Assembly: GCA_041946735.1 (NCBI GenBank)
Contig: JBHGAY010000012.1
Location: 72,247-136,246, forward strand
Length of the DNA stretch: 64,000 bases
From: Candidatus Eiseniibacteriota bacterium
GTDB taxonomy: Bacteria; Eisenbacteria; RBG-16-71-46; CAIMUX01; VGJL01
Direction of reading: 5' to 3'
The notes under the pieces were generated by a model, which worked only from the letters and a program-made list of their open reading frames with translations, searched no databases and was not told where the DNA came from. Below, piece after piece: positions 10,167 to 21,779 of this stretch (position 1 is the stretch's first letter; each line of letters opens with the position of its first letter). The position numbers were made by a program, and so were the translations under genes.

Positions 10167-10778
10167 ATGTTCACGGGACTCGTGGAGGGGGTCGGAGAGG
10201 TCGTCGGAGTCCGGGGCGCAGGAGGCGTTCGGGAGCTAGCGATCCGCAGTCCCTTCCCGAAGGCCGATCTGGTCGCCGGGGCTTCCATCGCGGTGCATGG
10301 CGTCTGCCTGACTCTCGTCGAAAGCGGCGGGGACGACGGAGTCTTCCGGGTGCAAGCGGGGCGGGAGACGCTCCGCCGTTCGGTTCTCCGGGGATTGCGC
10401 GTCGGCTCGCTCGTTCACCTCGAGCGCGCGCTCGCCGCCGGTGACCGGCTCGGCGGCCACATCGTCCAGGGACACGTGGACGGGATCGGACGGATCGCTC
10501 GGGTGCAGCGCGGGGGAGGCGAAACGGTCCTCGACGTGGCCGCGGCACCGGAGATCCTCCGCTACCTCGTCGAGAAGGGTTCGGTGACGGTCGACGGAGT
10601 GAGCCTCACCGTCGGCCGCGTCGGCGCCCGCGCCTTCCGGGTGCACGTCATTCCCAAGACCGCCGAGACGACGCTGCTCGCCCGCTACCGGCCGGGACGG
10701 CGGGTGAACCTGGAGGCGGATATACTCGCCAAGTACGTCGAGGCGCTGCTGCGGGCGAGGGATCGGAGCGGTGCGTGA
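10167..10778 (+). CDS. ribE: Riboflavin synthase
   Basis: [36 protein letters not shown]. Confidence 0.95.
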   Translation: MFTGLVEGVGEVVGVRGAGGVRELAIRSPFPKADLVAGASIAVHGVCLTLVESGGDDGVFRVQAGRETLRRSVLRGLRVGSLVHLERALAAGDRLGGHIVQGHVDGIGRIARVQRGGGETVLDVAAAPEILRYLVEKGSVTVDGVSLTVGRVGARAFRVHVIPKTAETTLLARYRPGRRVNLEADILAKYVEALLRARDRSGA

Positions 10779-10827
10779 GCGAGAGCACGGTCGACCGGGG
10801 CGGAGCCGGATCGATTCGGGGGGAAGC

Positions 10828-12057
10828 ATGAGCGTTCGCGAAGATCCGGTCTTCTGCAGCGTGGAGGAGGCGGTCGCCGAGATCCGCGCGGGCCGGATGC
10901 TGATCGTGGTGGACGACGAGGACCGCGAGAACGAGGGAGACCTGATCATGGCGGCGGAGAAGATCACGCCGCAATCGGTGAACTTCCTCGCGCGCTATGG
11001 ACGCGGACTGATCTGCGTCCCGATGCAGGAGGAGCGCCTGAACGCGCTCGACCTTCCGCCGATGGTCCGCACGAACACCGCGAAGCTCGGCACTCCATTC
11101 ACCGTCAGCGTCGACGCGGTCCACAACACGACGACCGGCATCTCCGCCTTCGACCGCGCGCACACGATCCGCACCCTGATCGATCCGCACACGCGCCCGG
11201 AGGATCTCGCCCGCCCGGGCCACGTCTTTCCGCTGATCGCCGCCAAAGGCGGAGTGCTTCGGCGCGCCGGCCACACCGAGGCGACGGTCGACCTCGCGAT
11301 CCTGGCCGGCCTGTATCCGGCGGGCGTCCTTTGCGAAATCCTCAACGAGGATGGGACGATGGCCCGCCTTCCCGAGCTGAAGCGGATGGCGGAGGAGCAC
11401 GGCCTGCGGATCCTCTCGATCGGCTCGCTGATCGAGTACCGCCGCCGCACGGAACATCTCGTCCGCCGGATCGTCGAGGCCGACCTGCCGACGGCGCACG
11501 GAGACTTCCGTCTCGTCCTCTTCGAAAGCATCCTGGACGGCGATCATCACGTCGCGATGGTGAAGGGGGAGATCCATCCGGAGGAGCCGGTCCTCGTCCG
11601 GGTGCACTCGCAGTGCTTGACGGGGGACGTCCTCGACAGCCGCCGGTGCGACTGCGGCGAGCAGAAGGAGCTCGCGCTCTCCGCGATCGCCGCCGCCGGC
11701 GCGGGGGTCTTCCTCTACATGAGGCAGGAGGGGCGCGGAATCGGCCTCGCGAACAAGATTCGCGCCTACCATCTGCAGGACATCGGGCTCGACACCGTGG
11801 AGGCGAACGTCTCGCTTGGCTTCCAGCCCGACGAGCGGGACTTCGGGATCGGCGCGCAGATCCTCGCGGATCTCGGCGTCGGGAAGATCCGTTTGCTCAC
11901 GAACAACCCGCGCAAACGCGTCGGGCTCGCCGCCCACGGCCTGTCGATCGTCGAGCTTGTGCCGATCGAGGCTCCGCCGAATCCGGAGAACCGGCACTAC
12001 CTCGACACCAAGAGGCGGAAGATGGGACATATCCTCCGCATCGACGCCGAAGGATGA
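10828..12057 (+). CDS. ribBA: Bifunctional DHBP synthase / GTP cyclohydrolase II
   Basis: [49 protein letters not shown]; start set at ATG 10828. Confidence 0.95.
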   Translation: MSVREDPVFCSVEEAVAEIRAGRMLIVVDDEDRENEGDLIMAAEKITPQSVNFLARYGRGLICVPMQEERLNALDLPPMVRTNTAKLGTPFTVSVDAVHNTTTGISAFDRAHTIRTLIDPHTRPEDLARPGHVFPLIAAKGGVLRRAGHTEATVDLAILAGLYPAGVLCEILNEDGTMARLPELKRMAEEHGLRILSIGSLIEYRRRTEHLVRRIVEADLPTAHGDFRLVLFESILDGDHHVAMVKGEIHPEEPVLVRVHSQCLTGDVLDSRRCDCGEQKELALSAIAAAGAGVFLYMRQEGRGIGLANKIRAYHLQDIGLDTVEANVSLGFQPDERDFGIGAQILADLGVGKIRLLTNNPRKRVGLAAHGLSIVELVPIEAPPNPENRHYLDTKRRKMGHILRIDAEG

Positions 12058-12246
12058 AGCCGGGGCGCGGGGATCGATCCGCGATCGGAGATCGATCCTC
12101 GACCGATCGCCGGCTGGTCACGATAGATCGCAGAGACGATAGATCGCAGTGAGGTTGCGGATGTCCCGCTCGCCCGGATCGCGAGACCCGGGGAGGTTCG
12201 GGCGCGCATCGTTCGAGGGAAGGGTGGACCGAGGGAGGATTCCGGG

Positions 12247-12813
12247 ATGGCGAAGCAGTTCCTCGCGACGCTGGACGGTTCGGAGAAGCGATTCGCCTGT
12301 ATCGTCAGCCGCTTCAGCCGCACGGTGACCGACCGCCTGCTCCAGGGCGCGGTCGACTGTCTGATCCAGCATGGGGTGACCGAGGACCGGATCGACGTGG
12401 TCTGGGTCCCGGGCTCGTTCGAGATTCCGCTCGCCGCGCAGGCCGCCGCACGCTCGGGTCGGTACGACGCGATCCTCGGGCTCGGTTGCGTGATCCGCGG
12501 CGAGACGGCGCACTTCGACCACGTCGCGCGCGAGGCCTCGCGCGGACTCTTCCAGGTCGGCTACGACACCGGAGTCCCGACCGTATTCGGCGTGATCACG
12601 GCGGACACGGCGGAGCAGGCCATCGAGCGCTCCGGTCTGAAGGGGGGCGGCCGCGGCTACGATGCCGCTCTCGTCGCGCTCGAGATGATCGGCGTGCTCG
12701 GATATCTCAGAGCGGGCGGACCGGCGAGCGCCGGCGGGCGAGCGACCGAAAGCCGGCCGGCGAGGGAGAGCGGACCGGCGAGGGGACGCAGGCCGGCGAA
12801 CCGGCGGAAGTGA
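12247..12813 (+). CDS. ribH: 6,7-dimethyl-8-ribityllumazine synthase
   Basis: VPGSFEIP, LGCVIRGETAHFDHV, FGVIT. Confidence 0.95.
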   Translation: MAKQFLATLDGSEKRFACIVSRFSRTVTDRLLQGAVDCLIQHGVTEDRIDVVWVPGSFEIPLAAQAAARSGRYDAILGLGCVIRGETAHFDHVAREASRGLFQVGYDTGVPTVFGVITADTAEQAIERSGLKGGGRGYDAALVALEMIGVLGYLRAGGPASAGGRATESRPARESGPARGRRPANRRK

Positions 12814-13460
12814 GCGGACCGAGAATCCCCGACGACTTCGCAAGGGGCGGGCGAACTCGCGCCCGAGAGGTAGTCTTCCGCGCCGCATTCGAGGCGGACC
12901 TGACCGGCGACGATCCGCTCGAGGTCCTGGAACTCTCTCTCGGACGCTTCCGTTTCACTCCGGATGGCCGCGCCTTCGCGCTCCGGCTCGCGCGCGGGCT
13001 TTCCGATCGACTCGAGGAGGTCGACGCCCTCCTTACGCAGCTGCTCGAGCGCTGGTCGCTCGCCCGCGTTTCGACGGTCGTCCGCGCGATCCTTCGGGTC
13101 GGATCGGTGGAGCTGCTGGCGGTCGACGAGACCGCTCCGGCCGTCGTCGTCAACGAGGCGGTCCGCCTGGCGAAGCGGTACGGGGAGGAGGACTCCGCGG
13201 CGTTCGTCAACGGAGTCCTCGATGCCGCCGCCCGGCGCTTGCGGCCGGGCGCCTTCGATCGCGACGAGGGTGAGGGGCGGCTGGCTCCCCGGCGGGAGCG
13301 GAGCCGGCGCCCGCGACCGCAGGAGGGCGGGTCCGAAGGGGGGCCGAGAAGAGGAGCGGGGGGAAGGCCGGGAGGAGGAGCGGGAAGCTCCGGAGGGGGG
13401 CAAAGAAGTGGTGGCGATGCTCCACCGAGAGGGCAAGGAGGAGGGGGAGGCGGCCGTTGA
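12810..13460 (+). CDS. nusB: Transcription antitermination factor NusB with Gly/Arg-rich tail
   Basis: RTRARE, VVVNEAVRLAKRYG, FVNGVLD; GTG start overlaps the ribH stop (GTGA). Confidence 0.9.
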   Translation: MSGPRIPDDFARGGRTRAREVVFRAAFEADLTGDDPLEVLELSLGRFRFTPDGRAFALRLARGLSDRLEEVDALLTQLLERWSLARVSTVVRAILRVGSVELLAVDETAPAVVVNEAVRLAKRYGEEDSAAFVNGVLDAAARRLRPGAFDRDEGEGRLAPRRERSRRPRPQEGGSEGGPRRGAGGRPGGGAGSSGGGQRSGGDAPPRGQGGGGGGR

Positions 13461-13485
13461 CCGTCCTTGGATCCTCTGATAGCTT
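13457..13485 (+). promoter_or_regulatory. Sigma70-type promoter of the glycosylation locus
   Basis: TTGACC-17 bp-TAGCTT with extended -10 TG. Confidence 0.55.
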
Positions 13486-13564
13486 ATGATTTTGCCGCAT
13501 TTGCGGCCCTGGGTCTTCGGCCTCCGGGCGGGGCTCCGGCAGGAAGGGATGCCTGAAGGGAAGG

Positions 13565-14386
13565 ATGCGCGCCTCCACCCCCGAGCACTGGGATCGGTAC
13601 TGGGACGAGCGGAAGGAGACGATCGAGGAGGTCTATTCCAACGAGGACCGGATCCTTCGCCAGCTCGAGGGCCTTCCGCTCACCGGCCGCCGCATCCTGG
13701 AAGTCGGCGCCGGCTCCGGGCGCGACAGCCTGGAGCTCGCCCGGCGGGGCGCCCGGGTCTTCGTGATCGACTACGTCCGATCGTCCTTCGGCGTGATCCG
13801 CCGGCAGGCGCGCGAGCAGGAGCTGACCATCCACGCCGTTTGCGCCGACGCGACGCGAATGCCGTTCCGGGACGGCACCTTCGCCCTGGTCTTCCATCAG
13901 GGGCTTCTCGAGCACTTCCGCGACCCGAATCCGCTCGTCTCGGAGAACTACCGAGTCCTGGAGGACGGCGGCCACTGCCTGATCGACGTCCCGCAGCGCT
14001 GGCACGTCTACACCCTCGCCAAGCATGCCCTGATTCTCGTGAACCGCTGGTTCGCGGGATGGGAAACGGAGTACTCCCCCGGCCAGCTCGAAGCCCTCAT
14101 GCGGCGCCACGGCTTCTCGATCGTCCGCACGGGCGGGGACTGGTTCCGTCCCGGCTTCTTCTATCGCGGCCTGCGCTACGTCCTGATGCGCGGCCGGATC
14201 GCGCGGCTTCCGCTCCACCCGCGCGGCCCGAAGCTGCTTGGCGTCCCCGGGGAGTGGATCCGCGGCCGCCTGCGCGGGACGAGGCTCGGTCTGCACACCT
14301 ACGCAATGATCGGCACGCTCGGCAGGAAGAATGCCGCCTCGCGACCGGGCGGCGGCGGCGCGCAGCGCGGGGGAGAGAAAGGGTGA
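13565..14386 (+). CDS. Class I SAM-dependent methyltransferase
   Basis: ILEVGAGSGRD, DATRMPFRDGTF, GLLEHF. Confidence 0.9.
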   Translation: MRASTPEHWDRYWDERKETIEEVYSNEDRILRQLEGLPLTGRRILEVGAGSGRDSLELARRGARVFVIDYVRSSFGVIRRQAREQELTIHAVCADATRMPFRDGTFALVFHQGLLEHFRDPNPLVSENYRVLEDGGHCLIDVPQRWHVYTLAKHALILVNRWFAGWETEYSPGQLEALMRRHGFSIVRTGGDWFRPGFFYRGLRYVLMRGRIARLPLHPRGPKLLGVPGEWIRGRLRGTRLGLHTYAMIGTLGRKNAASRPGGGGAQRGGEKG

Positions 14387-14393
14387 GGGCGGG

Positions 14394-15530
14394 GTGCGGA
14401 TTCTGATCATCAGCTACCGCGACCTCCGGCATCCGGAGATGGGAGGCGCGGAGGTCATCCTCTACGAGATCTATCGCCGGCTGCAGGCGCGCGGGCACTC
14501 GATCACCTTCCTGGCCGGCGCGTGGCCCGGAGGACCGCTCGAGGACGAGATCGATGGGATGCGCGTGCTCCGCGCCGGGAACCTGTACAACTTCAACTGG
14601 ATCGTGCCGCAGGTCTGGAAGCGGATCCGCGGGGAAGGCTACGACGTCATTGTCGAGGACCTGAACAAGATCCCGTTCTACGGGCCTTCGTTCCAGCACG
14701 AGGTGCCGGTGCTCGCCAACGTTCCGCACCTCTTCGGGACGACCGTCTTCCGCGAGACGCCCTGGCCGTTCGCCCTCTACGTCTACCTGCACGAGCAGCT
14801 CATTCCGGCCGTCTATCGTCGCTGCCGCTTCCAGGTCCTCTCCAACACGACGCGCGATGACCTGATCCGACGCGGGATCCGCGCCGACCAGATCCACGTC
14901 ATCCGTTCCGGGATCGACCATTCCTTCTACCAGCCCCCGAACCGCGACGGCTCGGGGCCGCCGCCGCCCGTGCTGCTCTATCTCGGCCGCCTGAAGAAGT
15001 ACAAGGGGATCGACCTGCCGATCCAGGCGATGCCGGCGATCCTCGAACGCGTCCCCGAGGCGCGCTACTGGATCGCCGGGGATGGGGACTTCCGCGCCGA
15101 GCTGCAGGAGCGGATCCGCGAGGCGGGGCTCGAGGGGAAGGTGGAGCTGCTCGGCCACAAGAGCGGCGCCGAGAAGCTCGCGATGCTCGCGCAGACGAGG
15201 GTCCTGGTCTACACCTCCCCGAAGGAAGGCTGGGGGCTCTCCGTGATCGAGGCGAACGCGATGGGGATCCCGGCGGTCGCGAGCGACTCCCCGGGCCTGT
15301 GTGAGTCGGTCCGGGACGGGGAGACCGGCTATCTCGTCCCGCACGGGGACGTCAGGGCCTTGGCCGGCCGGCTGATCGAGCTGTTGAGCGACGATGCGCT
15401 CTGGTCCAGGATGGGCCGGGCGGGGATCGAGTGGGCGTCCCGCTTCCATTGGGACGCGATGGCGGACGAGACCGAGGGGCTCCTGGCGCGCGTCGTCGAG
15501 GAGGGGCCCGGGGGAGAGCCGAGGCGATGA
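14394..15530 (+). CDS. Glycosyltransferase family 4
   Basis: HPEMGGAE, YLGRLKKYKG, EGWGLSVIEANAMG; GTG start at 14394. Confidence 0.9.
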   Translation: MRILIISYRDLRHPEMGGAEVILYEIYRRLQARGHSITFLAGAWPGGPLEDEIDGMRVLRAGNLYNFNWIVPQVWKRIRGEGYDVIVEDLNKIPFYGPSFQHEVPVLANVPHLFGTTVFRETPWPFALYVYLHEQLIPAVYRRCRFQVLSNTTRDDLIRRGIRADQIHVIRSGIDHSFYQPPNRDGSGPPPPVLLYLGRLKKYKGIDLPIQAMPAILERVPEARYWIAGDGDFRAELQERIREAGLEGKVELLGHKSGAEKLAMLAQTRVLVYTSPKEGWGLSVIEANAMGIPAVASDSPGLCESVRDGETGYLVPHGDVRALAGRLIELLSDDALWSRMGRAGIEWASRFHWDAMADETEGLLARVVEEGPGGEPRR

Positions 15531-18151
15531 GGTTACTGGCGGAGAGCGAAACGAAGACGATCGGCCTCGGCGCGATCGCCGTCTTCCTGATCACGCAGAT
15601 CGTCTACATCCTCACGCTGACCCGGACCTGCCCGTTCTGGGACAGCGGAGAGTTCATCTCGACCTCCTACATCCTCGGCATCCCGCACCCGCCGGGCACC
15701 CCGTTCTACGTCCTGATCGGGCGCCTCTTCACCTTCCTCCCGATCGGCTCGATCGCGACGCGCGTCAACTACCTCTCGGCCGTCTCCTCGAGCGTCGCCG
15801 CGGTGCTCGGCTACCTGGTCGCCGTCGAGCTGTTCCGCTGGATGCAGCGGGGACGCCCGGAGGCGGAGCGCACGCCGATCCTGATCGGCATTCTCGGCGG
15901 CGTGGCGGCCGGCCTGTTCACCGCCTTCTCCCGCACCTTCTGGGAGAACGCGCTCGAAGCGGAGGTCTACGGCCTCTCGAGCGCGGCGACCATGGGAGCG
16001 TTCTGGCTGACGCTGCTGTGGGCGGGGCGCGAAGGGGAGACGAAGCGCAACAACAAGCTGTTCCTCCTCGCCTACTACCTGATCGCCGTCTCCGCCGGGA
16101 TCCACATGGGGACGTTCCTCGTTCTCCCGGCGATGCTCCTGCTCGTGCTGCTCGTCGACCACCGGACGCTCGCGCCGCATCTCTTCGGCGCGTTCGTCGT
16201 CGCAGGCGTTCTCGTCGGCCTTGCGCCGGCGATGCTGCCGATCCTGAAGGAACTCTGGATCGTCCTGCTCCTGCTCGGCCTCCTCGCTTCCCTGCTGCTC
16301 GGCCGGCTCTGGTCGCCGCTCGGCCCGCGCGGTGTCGTCTTCTGGTGCCTGCTGCTCACCGTGATCGGCCTGTCGAACCATCTCTATCTACCGATCCGCG
16401 CCGCGCTCGATCCGGCGATCAACGAGGCCGATCCCTCGACGACTCACTCGCTCTGGCTTGCCCTGATCCGCGACCAGTACAAGCCGGCGAACCCGTTCCT
16501 GATCCGCAACGCGCCCTGGGACGTGCAGTTCACGCGGCACTTCTGGCGCTACCTCCACGACCAGTACCAGCTCCGGCTGAGCCCGGCATGGCTCGCCAAC
16601 TACCTCCCGTACGCGATCGGGGTGATCGGGATGATCGGCCACGCGCGTCGCGAGAAGAAGAGCTTCGCTTCGCTCTTCTTCTTCTACCTGATCACGACCG
16701 TCGGGATGGTCTTCTACCTGAACTTCCGGACGGACGAGGTGCGCGACCGCGACTACTTCTTCACGCCGAGCTACCAGGTCTTCGCGGTCTGGATCGGGCT
16801 CGGGTTCGCGACGATCGCCGGGTGGGTTCGCTGGGCCTACACCGAGGGGCGCGACCGGCTGGGGACCCGCCTCGGATTGCTCGTCGGCGGCCTCGGCATC
16901 CTCTTCGCCTTCTCCACCTGCGCGAACTTCTGGCACATGCGGGACAGGACCGGCTTCTACCTCGCGCGCGACCTCGCCTACAACATGCTGACCCCGCTCG
17001 ATCGCGACGCGCTGATCTTCACCAACGGCGACAACGACACCTTCCCGCTCTGGTACCTGCAGGAGGTCGAGAAGCAGAGGAAGGACATCCGCGTCGTGAA
17101 CCTGAGCCTGCTGAACACCGCCTGGTACATGCGCCAGCTCCGCGACCAGCAGCCGAAGGTGGCGATCGGCTGGAACGACAAGCAGATGGACACCGTGATG
17201 GACGTTCCGGAGAAGTTCGTCGAGTACGCGCAGGGGGACATGTCACGCGAGCAGTACGAGTCCTTCCTGCGCTCGAATGGTCTCGCGAAGTACGTTCCCG
17301 ATCCCGACCAGTTCATCTACTCGAAGGACATCGCGACGCGCCGGATCATCGAGGAGAACTCCGGCAAGCGGCCGATCTACTTCGCCGTCACGGTCCCCGA
17401 CCAGATGGGCTTCGACGATCGGATGACGATGGAAGGTCTGGTATTCCGGCTCGGCGAGAAGCATCCCGACGGTCAGGACGACGTCGACGTCGACAAGACG
17501 CTCCACAACCTCAACGACGTCTACCTCTATCGCGGGTTGCTGACGAAGGACGGCCGCTACGACAACTCCGTCTTCAAGGACGACAACGCGCTCCGGCTCG
17601 TGCAGAACTACGCGGCCGGCTACGTGCGCGCGGCGGAGAAGCTCTCGACCGAGGGTCGCAACGAGGAGGCGCTCGGCGCAATCGAGAAGGCGTTGGTCCT
17701 CTCCTCGTCTCCGTCGATTCTCTACTCGGCCGGCGTCATCTACTACCGCACCGAGATGTTCGACAAGGCGGAGCAGGAGTTCCGCGAACTGGTCAACCAC
17801 AACTACGGCGAGTACCCGATCCTCCGCCTCCTCGGCAGGACCGTCGAGCGGCAGGGGCGGATCGCCGAGGCGGAGCAGATCTACCGCGAGGGGTACGCGC
17901 GGTACCCCGACGAGCCGGAGGCGCTGCGCGAGCTCTTCTCGTTCTACGTCGAGATGGGGGAGAACGAGAAGGCGCTCGACGTCCTCGAGCAGTGGGTGCG
18001 GCGCCATCCGGCCGACGAGGCGGCGCGCAAGCGGCTCGAGGAGCTGCGAGCGGGCGGGCTCGCCGCACCGGAGACCGTGAACCCGGCCGTGCCGACGCCG
18101 ACCCAGCCGGCGGTCCCGCGCTCCACGCAGCCGTCGTCCGGAGGGAACTGA
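15527..18151 (+). CDS. DUF2723/TMEM260-like GT-C multi-pass glycosyltransferase with C-terminal TPRs
   Basis: FWDSGEFI, GIPHPPGTPFY, EAEVY, RDRDYFF, FTNGDNDTFPLWYLQEVE; about 11 hydrophobic segments; TPR-like helices at the C-terminus; ATGA overlap with the upstream gene. Confidence 0.85.
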   Translation: MRLLAESETKTIGLGAIAVFLITQIVYILTLTRTCPFWDSGEFISTSYILGIPHPPGTPFYVLIGRLFTFLPIGSIATRVNYLSAVSSSVAAVLGYLVAVELFRWMQRGRPEAERTPILIGILGGVAAGLFTAFSRTFWENALEAEVYGLSSAATMGAFWLTLLWAGREGETKRNNKLFLLAYYLIAVSAGIHMGTFLVLPAMLLLVLLVDHRTLAPHLFGAFVVAGVLVGLAPAMLPILKELWIVLLLLGLLASLLLGRLWSPLGPRGVVFWCLLLTVIGLSNHLYLPIRAALDPAINEADPSTTHSLWLALIRDQYKPANPFLIRNAPWDVQFTRHFWRYLHDQYQLRLSPAWLANYLPYAIGVIGMIGHARREKKSFASLFFFYLITTVGMVFYLNFRTDEVRDRDYFFTPSYQVFAVWIGLGFATIAGWVRWAYTEGRDRLGTRLGLLVGGLGILFAFSTCANFWHMRDRTGFYLARDLAYNMLTPLDRDALIFTNGDNDTFPLWYLQEVEKQRKDIRVVNLSLLNTAWYMRQLRDQQPKVAIGWNDKQMDTVMDVPEKFVEYAQGDMSREQYESFLRSNGLAKYVPDPDQFIYSKDIATRRIIEENSGKRPIYFAVTVPDQMGFDDRMTMEGLVFRLGEKHPDGQDDVDVDKTLHNLNDVYLYRGLLTKDGRYDNSVFKDDNALRLVQNYAAGYVRAAEKLSTEGRNEEALGAIEKALVLSSSPSILYSAGVIYYRTEMFDKAEQEFRELVNHNYGEYPILRLLGRTVERQGRIAEAEQIYREGYARYPDEPEALRELFSFYVEMGENEKALDVLEQWVRRHPADEAARKRLEELRAGGLAAPETVNPAVPTPTQPAVPRSTQPSSGGN

Positions 18152-18156
18152 GCGCC

Positions 18157-19125
18157 ATGGCTCTCCACCTCGTCACGGGAGCGGCGGGATTCATCGGCTC
18201 CCACCTCTGCGCCCGCCTGCTCGAGGAGGGGGAGGAGGTTCTCGGGGTCGACTGCTTCACGGACTACTACGACCCGGCCCTGAAGCGGCGAAACCTCGCC
18301 ACGCTGCAGGGCCGGCCCGGCTTCCGCTTTCGCGAGCTGGATCTCCGCGCCGGCGCGATCGAGCCGGTCCTCGATCGCGTCGAAGGGATCTTCCACCAGG
18401 CCGCGCAGGCGGGGGTCCGCGCCTCCTGGGGCGAACATTTCCGGGACTATTCGGACATCAACGTCCTCGCGACGCAGCGCCTGCTCGAGGCCTGCCGGGG
18501 TCGCGAGGAGCAGATCCGCCGCTTCGTCTACGCCTCCTCTTCGTCGATCTACGGCGACGCGCTCGCCTATCCGGTCGGCGAGGACGATCCCAAGCTGCCC
18601 ATCTCCCCCTACGGGGTGACGAAGCTTGCCGGCGAACTTCTCGTCCGCCTCTACGCCGTTCAGCACGGGCTGCGCGCGACGAGCCTCCGCTACTTCACCG
18701 TCTATGGCCCGCGCCAGCGTCCCGACATGGGCTTCCATCGCTTCCTGCGCGCCATCCACGAGGGAAGGAGCGTTCCCCTCTACGGCGACGGCGAGCAGAC
18801 GCGCGACTTCACCTTCGTCTCCGACGCCGTCGAGGCGAACCTCCTCGCGCTACGCGGGGATCGCGTCGAGCCCGGGACGGCGTTCAACATCGGCGGCGGC
18901 TCCCGCGTGCGTCTGCTCGACGTCCTCGACCGCCTCGCGGCGATCACCGGCAAGCCGGTGCGGATCGACCGCCAGCCGCCTTCTCCGGGGGACGTCCGCC
19001 ACACCGGCGCGGACACGGCGCGCGCCCGCGAGCAGCTCGGCTACGCGCCGAAGGTCGGGATCGACGAAGGGCTGCGGCGCGAGAACGAGTGGATGATCCG
19101 CTATCTCGCTGGAGACGGGGAGTGA
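18157..19125 (+). CDS. NAD-dependent sugar epimerase (UDP-glucuronate/UDP-glucose 4-epimerase-like)
   Basis: [48 protein letters not shown]. Confidence 0.92.
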   Translation: MALHLVTGAAGFIGSHLCARLLEEGEEVLGVDCFTDYYDPALKRRNLATLQGRPGFRFRELDLRAGAIEPVLDRVEGIFHQAAQAGVRASWGEHFRDYSDINVLATQRLLEACRGREEQIRRFVYASSSSIYGDALAYPVGEDDPKLPISPYGVTKLAGELLVRLYAVQHGLRATSLRYFTVYGPRQRPDMGFHRFLRAIHEGRSVPLYGDGEQTRDFTFVSDAVEANLLALRGDRVEPGTAFNIGGGSRVRLLDVLDRLAAITGKPVRIDRQPPSPGDVRHTGADTARAREQLGYAPKVGIDEGLRRENEWMIRYLAGDGE

Positions 19126-20072
19126 GGGAGCCGCCCCGCGTGTCGGTCGTGATCCCCGCCTTCGACGAGGAGGCGTCGATCGGACCGCTCGTCGAGGAGG
19201 TCGCGCGGGTGCTCGGGCCGACCGGCCGGACCTTCGAGATCCTCGTCGTCGACGACGGCAGCCGGGACGCGACGCCCATGGAGGTCGAGAAGCGGATCGG
19301 CACCGTCCCGGGGCTGCGGCTGCTCTCGTTGCGCGCCAACGCCGGGAAGTCGGCTGCTCTCCGCCTCGGCTTCGACGAGGCTCGGGGGACCGAGGCGGTC
19401 GTGACGCTCGACGCCGATCTCCAGGACGACCCGAAGGAGATCCCCGGGATGCTCGGGATGCTGGACGAGGGGTACGACGTCATTTCGGGGTGGAAGCGCA
19501 AGCGGCGCGACCCGTGGACGAAGACCTTTCCGAGCCGGATCTGGAACTTCTGGACCGCACGGTTGACCGGCATCCACATCCATGACTTCAACTCCGGCTT
19601 CAAGGCCTACCGCCGTCCCGTCCTCGACACGCTCGATCTCCACGGGGAGCTGCACCGCTACATTCCGGTTCTCGCCGGCCGGATGGGATGGAGGATCGCA
19701 GAGCGGGAGGTGGTCCACCATCCCCGAGAGCATGGGCGAAGCAAGTTCGGGGGAGGCCGCTTCCTGACCGGGTTCCTCGATCTGATGCTCGTGATGTTCC
19801 TGAGCGGCCGGCACCGCTCGCCGCTCCACGTCTTCGGGCGTCTCGGGATCGCGTTCCTGGCCGTCGGCGGCCTGATCGAGCTGTACATGGCGGGGATCTG
19901 GGTGATCGAGTCCCGTCTCCGCGTCCGTCCTATGCTGCTTTTCGGCGTGATTCTCGTGATCCTCGGAATCCAGTTCATCTCGATGGGGTTGTTGGCCGAG
20001 ATGATCGCCGGGATCCGCAGGCCGAGTGACACGCCGGTCCGCAAACGTCTTCCGGAGGAGGAAGGTCCATGA
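19122..20072 (+). CDS. GT2 polyprenyl-phosphate glycosyltransferase (ArnC/GtrB-like) with two C-terminal TMs
   Basis: [35 protein letters not shown]. Confidence 0.9.
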   Translation: MREPPRVSVVIPAFDEEASIGPLVEEVARVLGPTGRTFEILVVDDGSRDATPMEVEKRIGTVPGLRLLSLRANAGKSAALRLGFDEARGTEAVVTLDADLQDDPKEIPGMLGMLDEGYDVISGWKRKRRDPWTKTFPSRIWNFWTARLTGIHIHDFNSGFKAYRRPVLDTLDLHGELHRYIPVLAGRMGWRIAEREVVHHPREHGRSKFGGGRFLTGFLDLMLVMFLSGRHRSPLHVFGRLGIAFLAVGGLIELYMAGIWVIESRLRVRPMLLFGVILVILGIQFISMGLLAEMIAGIRRPSDTPVRKRLPEEEGP

Positions 20073-21004
20073 GGGTGCTGATCACGGGGGGAGCCGGGTT
20101 CATCGGGTCCCATCTGAGCGACTACCTGCTCGCCAAGGGGATGGAGGTGATCTGCATGGACAACCTCCTGACCGGCAGCGTCGACAACATCGCGCACATC
20201 CACAACCCCCGATTCCGTTTCATCGAGTACGACGTCACGAACTACATCTACGTGGACGGGCCGTTGGACTTCGTCCTCCATTTCGCGAGCCCCGCGAGCC
20301 CGAACGACTACCTGCGCCTGCCGATCCATACCCTGAAGGTCGGCGCGCTGGGCACGCACCGGGCGCTGGGCCTCGCGCGGGCGAAGAAGGCGCGCTTCCT
20401 GCTCGCTTCGACGTCCGAGGTGTATGGGGATCCCGGCATCCACCCGCAACCGGAGTCGTACTGGGGAAACGTGAATCCGATCGGACTGCGCGGCGTCTAC
20501 GACGAGGCGAAGCGCTACGCCGAGGCGCTCACGATGGCGTACCACCGCTATCACGGCGTCGACACCAAGATCGTCCGGATCTTCAACACCTTCGGCCCCC
20601 GCATGCGGCGCGACGACGGCCGCGCCGTCCCGACCTTCATCATGCAGGCCCTGCGCGGCGAACCGATGACGATCTTCGGCGACGGCTCGCAGACCCGCTC
20701 CTTCGGCTACATCACCGATCTCGTGCGGGGGATCGACCTGCTGATGCATTCCGAGCTCTGGGAGCCGGTCAACATCGGCAACCCGCAGGAGATGACGGTG
20801 ACCGAGATGGCGCAGGAGATCGTGAAGCTCACGGGCAGCAAGAGCGCGCTCGTCCATCGTCCCCTTCCCGAGGACGACCCGAAGGTTCGCCAGCCCGACA
20901 TCTCGCAGGCGCGCGCCCGCCTCGGCTGGGAGCCGAAGGTCGACGTCCGCGAGGCGTTGCGCTTGACGATCGAGTGGTTCCGGCGTCTCGGGGAGGCCGT
21001 CTGA
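20069..21004 (+). CDS. UDP-glucuronate decarboxylase (UDP-xylose synthase) family
   Basis: [45 protein letters not shown]. Confidence 0.92.
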   Translation: MRVLITGGAGFIGSHLSDYLLAKGMEVICMDNLLTGSVDNIAHIHNPRFRFIEYDVTNYIYVDGPLDFVLHFASPASPNDYLRLPIHTLKVGALGTHRALGLARAKKARFLLASTSEVYGDPGIHPQPESYWGNVNPIGLRGVYDEAKRYAEALTMAYHRYHGVDTKIVRIFNTFGPRMRRDDGRAVPTFIMQALRGEPMTIFGDGSQTRSFGYITDLVRGIDLLMHSELWEPVNIGNPQEMTVTEMAQEIVKLTGSKSALVHRPLPEDDPKVRQPDISQARARLGWEPKVDVREALRLTIEWFRRLGEAV

Positions 21005-21014
21005 GGGACGGCCG

Positions 21015-21779
21015 ATGAGCGAGCTGCCGCCGGTCTGGATCATCATCCCGACCTACGACGAGCTGGAGAACGTCAAGACGCTCGTCCCCGATCTGCTCTC
21101 CCGCGGATCGAACATCGACGTGCTGGTCGTCGACGACAACTCGCCGGACGGCACGGGACGATGGGTCGAGGAGTTCGGCCGGACGGTCCCTCGCGTCCAC
21201 GTGCTGCATCGCCCGCGCAAGATGGGGCTCGGCTCCGCCTACCGGGACGGCTTCCGCTTCGCGCTCGAACAGGGCGCGGAGCTGATCTTCGAGATGGACG
21301 CCGACTACTCGCACGACCCCTCCGCGCTCCCCTCCTTCTTCGAGGCGGCGCGCGAGGCGGACCTGGTCCTCGGGAGCCGCTACAAGAACGGCGTCACCGT
21401 GGTGAACTGGCCCCTGCGGCGGCTGATGCTCTCGTACTTCGCGAACGTCTACACTCGGTGGCTGACCGGCCTGCCGGTGCGCGACGCCACCGGCGGCTAC
21501 AAATGCTTCCGGCGCGCCGTCCTCGAGGCGATCGACCTCGGGTCGATCCGCTCCGACGGCTACGCGTTCCAGATCGAGATGACGTTCGACGCCTGGATGC
21601 TCGGCTTCCGGATCGCCGAGATCCCGATCGTCTTCGTCGACCGGCGCGTCGGGATCTCCAAGATGAGCCGGGGAATCGTCGGCGAGGCGTTCTTCCTCGT
21701 CTTCCGGCTCGCTCTGCGCCGGATCTTCGGGCGGAGGCGCAGGCGGAGGCCGCCGGCCGGGGCGCCGGAGGCGGCATGA
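21015..21779 (+). CDS. Polyprenol-monophosphomannose synthase (DPM1/Ppm1-like GT2)
   Basis: IIPTYDE, VVDDNSPDGTG, GLGSAY, EMDADYSHDP, DATGGYKCFR, GYAFQIEM, FVDRRVGISKMS. Confidence 0.9.
   Translation: MSELPPVWIIIPTYDELENVKTLVPDLLSRGSNIDVLVVDDNSPDGTGRWVEEFGRTVPRVHVLHRPRKMGLGSAYRDGFRFALEQGAELIFEMDADYSHDPSALPSFFEAAREADLVLGSRYKNGVTVVNWPLRRLMLSYFANVYTRWLTGLPVRDATGGYKCFRRAVLEAIDLGSIRSDGYAFQIEMTFDAWMLGFRIAEIPIVFVDRRVGISKMSRGIVGEAFFLVFRLALRRIFGRRRRRRPPAGAPEAA

Noticed and set aside
12071..12180. GATC cluster as a replication origin
   Set aside because: No DnaA boxes or AT-rich unwinding element; GATC is frequent throughout the window.
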